Part shown: one piece after another, positions 18,084 through 20,000 of the stretch
Position numbering within the stretch: position 1 is the stretch's first letter
Layout: every line of letters begins with the position of its first letter
From: Candidatus Harpocratesius repetitus
GTDB taxonomy: Archaea > Asgardarchaeota > Lokiarchaeia > Sigyniarchaeales > Promethearchaeaceae
Reading direction: 5' to 3'
DNA: 20,000 nucleotides
NCBI GenBank assembly: GCA_021498095.1
Contig: JAIZWK010000001.1
Location: 1,393,666-1,413,665, forward strand
Notes under the pieces: model-generated
Seen by the model: the letters and a program-made list of their open reading frames with translations, nothing else
What the model was told of the DNA's origin: nothing
Database searches by the model: none
Translations under genes and position numbers: made by a program

Positions 18084-18908
18084 ATGTTTATGTATCTTAA
18101 TATTAAAGGGGTAGATATTTATTACGAAATTCATGGAAACGGTATTCCTATTCTAAACCTACATGGATTTCCATTAGATCATAGGATTATGTTGGGTTGC
18201 ATGGAGCCAATATTTGATGAAAATTTGAATACAAAATATAAAAGAATATATTTTGATTTTCCGGGTATGGGAAAATCTACTTCTGCATCATGGATTAAAT
18301 CTACAGATGATATTCTCCAATTAACTCTTGATTTTATTTCAGAAATCATTCATAGTGAATCATTTATTGTTGTGGGGGAAAGTTATGGAGGTTATATTGC
18401 TGGTGGTGTTGTTTCCAGACTTCGAAATCGCATTTTAGGATTATTACTTATTTGTCCGATGATTATTGCCGATTTTTCAAAACGTCATCTTCCCAAACGC
18501 ACAGTATTGGAGCGAGATTTTGATTTCTACTCAAAGTTTCCACCAAAGTTGCAAGAAGAATATGATTCAATCCTAGTTATAGAAAATGAGAGAATTTGTA
18601 CCCGTTATCAACAAGAGATTCCAGATGCAATGGCTTGTGCAAATATGGAATTACTGAATCAAATCCAACAAAAAGCTTATGGATTTTCTTGGAATATACT
18701 TGATATATCTGATCCTTTTTCTTTTCCTACCTTATTTATATTAGGATGCCAAGATGATATCGTCGGATATCAAGACGCTCTTGAATTTTCGGCCAATTTT
18801 TCTCGAGCATCTGTAGCAATATTAGATAAAGCAGGTCACTATGCACAGGTTGAACAGCAAGAAATCTTTGAAAAGTTAGTAATAGAATGGCTAAATAGAA
18901 TAAAATAA
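18084..18908 (+). CDS. Alpha/beta hydrolase
   Basis: 'YYEIHGNGIPILNLHGFPLDHRIM', 'DFPGMGKS', nucleophile elbow 'IVVGESYGGYIAG', 'LFILGCQDDIVG' and catalytic His in 'ILDKAGHYAQVEQQEIF'. Confidence 0.9.
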   Translation: MFMYLNIKGVDIYYEIHGNGIPILNLHGFPLDHRIMLGCMEPIFDENLNTKYKRIYFDFPGMGKSTSASWIKSTDDILQLTLDFISEIIHSESFIVVGESYGGYIAGGVVSRLRNRILGLLLICPMIIADFSKRHLPKRTVLERDFDFYSKFPPKLQEEYDSILVIENERICTRYQQEIPDAMACANMELLNQIQQKAYGFSWNILDISDPFSFPTLFILGCQDDIVGYQDALEFSANFSRASVAILDKAGHYAQVEQQEIFEKLVIEWLNRIK

Positions 18909-18928
18909 TACAGAAAAAATGATTTATT

Positions 18929-19651
18929 TTACTTTATAAGGAAGTATGTTAGTAAAATGCTGAGCGTGTTGTTTAATATATGCATAATGATGGGAATCAT
19001 TAGATTCTCGCTTTTTTCATAAAAAACAGCTAAGAATATTGCCAAAATAAATGCTAAAATTCCTTGGATGATATTTAAATGCGAGACTGCAAATAACAAA
19101 GAACTAAGAATAATTGCCCATTGCGGTGCAAGAATTTTCCGTAATGCTTTAAATATTAATCCTCTATAGAAAAATTCTTCAACTACAGGCCCAATAATTG
19201 CAACAAGAAAAAAAATCAACCAGAAAAACTTATCATCTTTTAGAAGTTGGAGAATTCGATTATTTGGAGTTGATTGAAGAAAAAGACTCAAAATCCAACC
19301 AATAAAAATTCTAACAAAAAATAACACAATTGTTGTGAAAATTATCCAAAAAAATATAATGAGTTGTGATTTTTTCACAGGTTGGAAAAAAGATTCCCAT
19401 GAAAAACGCTTTGATTTTACTCCAAGAAGCCAAAAAAGGCCGAAATTTACTAAAATACTTAAAAATCCTGTTAATAATATTATTAATACAGGATTTTCTG
19501 TTATATAAAAATAGGAAAAGAGTAAAAATCCAGAACCTTGATAAAGAATAAGGTTCAAAATCCACCATCCTGTTATTTTTCCCCATTCTAATAGTTTATT
19601 TTTCATATTTTCTGAAATCTGGGGGTAAATTTCTTGTTCTTCTGCGTTCAT
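18929..19651 (-). CDS. CPBP family intramembrane glutamic endopeptidase (Rce1/CAAX-protease-like)
   Basis: Motif 1 'GPVVEEFFYRGLIF' (EExxxR), motif 2 'SSLLFAVSHL' (FxxxH) and motif 3 'IMHILNNTLS' (HxxxN), all in predicted TM segments. Confidence 0.92.
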   Translation of the reverse strand: MNAEEQEIYPQISENMKNKLLEWGKITGWWILNLILYQGSGFLLFSYFYITENPVLIILLTGFLSILVNFGLFWLLGVKSKRFSWESFFQPVKKSQLIIFFWIIFTTIVLFFVRIFIGWILSLFLQSTPNNRILQLLKDDKFFWLIFFLVAIIGPVVEEFFYRGLIFKALRKILAPQWAIILSSLLFAVSHLNIIQGILAFILAIFLAVFYEKSENLMIPIIMHILNNTLSILLTYFLIK

Positions 19652-19676
19652 ATAGATTAACTCTTTTAAATGTTCT

Positions 19677-20000
19677 CTAATGGGAATAAAATCTCTTTTT
19701 GCAAGTAGGACATAGTATTCTGTAAAGATCGGCTTGAATAAATTTCCGTTTCTTTTTATGAAAACTATATGAATGCTTCAGCACAAGCTTTAATGGAAAA
19801 ATTTGATCAACTGTCCCTCCTAATTGTAAAATCTTCTTGGATAGAAATTCCTGGTTTTTAGGATGGCTTAGATGAAGTGAATATATAATATCTGCGACAG
19901 TTATAGATTTTCTGATAAATGCTAAATCTGAACCCCGCTTTTTCACACCAAAAGGAGGATTTGACACCACAATAATTGGCCTTAATTGTTCAATTGGTTG
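19677..20000 (-). CDS. METTL5-like N6-adenine RNA methyltransferase, 5'-partial (continues past the window edge)
   Basis: The reading frame stays open to the edge: ...QPIEQLRPIIVVSNPPFGVKKRGSDLAFIRKSITVADIIYSLHL... Motif IV is NPPFG, followed by the 'G(x)D..FI..a...a..iYSlH' pattern of archaeal/METTL5 RNA methylases. The track start at 19970 is internal. Confidence 0.75.
   Translation of the reverse strand, partial: QPIEQLRPIIVVSNPPFGVKKRGSDLAFIRKSITVADIIYSLHLSHPKNQEFLSKKILQLGGTVDQIFPLKLVLKHSYSFHKKKRKFIQADLYRILCPTCKKRFYSH

Noticed and set aside
19311-19586. Minus/plus small ORFs (19311-19586, 19366-19551) within the CPBP gene
   Set aside because: Alternative frames of a well-supported membrane protease gene.
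1-20000. tRNA genes
   Set aside because: I saw no convincing T-arm (GGTTCRANNCC) with a matching acceptor stem in the intergenic regions by eye. tRNAscan-SE would be decisive.

Overview
This AT-rich window of about 30% GC is most consistent with an Asgard-type archaeon. The supporting evidence is a Rab/Ras-like small GTPase with no C-terminal prenylation motif, a NurA-domain protein, a DUF211 protein, a METTL5-like methyltransferase, and archaeal TATA boxes upstream of 5S rRNA genes. The content is mostly chromosomal housekeeping or membrane genes: a MacB-like ABC module (two FtsX permeases plus an ATPase), membrane proteins, an esterase, the GTPase, the NurA protein, an acyl-CoA synthetase, enolase, an alpha/beta hydrolase, a CPBP protease and the methyltransferase (cut by the window edge). 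The strongest structural feature is a tandem array of three 5S rRNA genes on the minus strand at about 6101-7214. The repeat period is about 374/375 bp. The 119-nt transcribed regions are identical, and each copy has its own TATA box and a conserved GC-rich upstream block. No ORF in the supplied track explains it except one spurious call. Other items of interest are a degraded transposase C-terminus fused antisense onto a truncated Yip1-like gene, a GTPase with altered G3 and G4 motifs, and a perfect hairpin between DUF211 and the 5S array. I found no CRISPR array, tRNA or convincing defence island.
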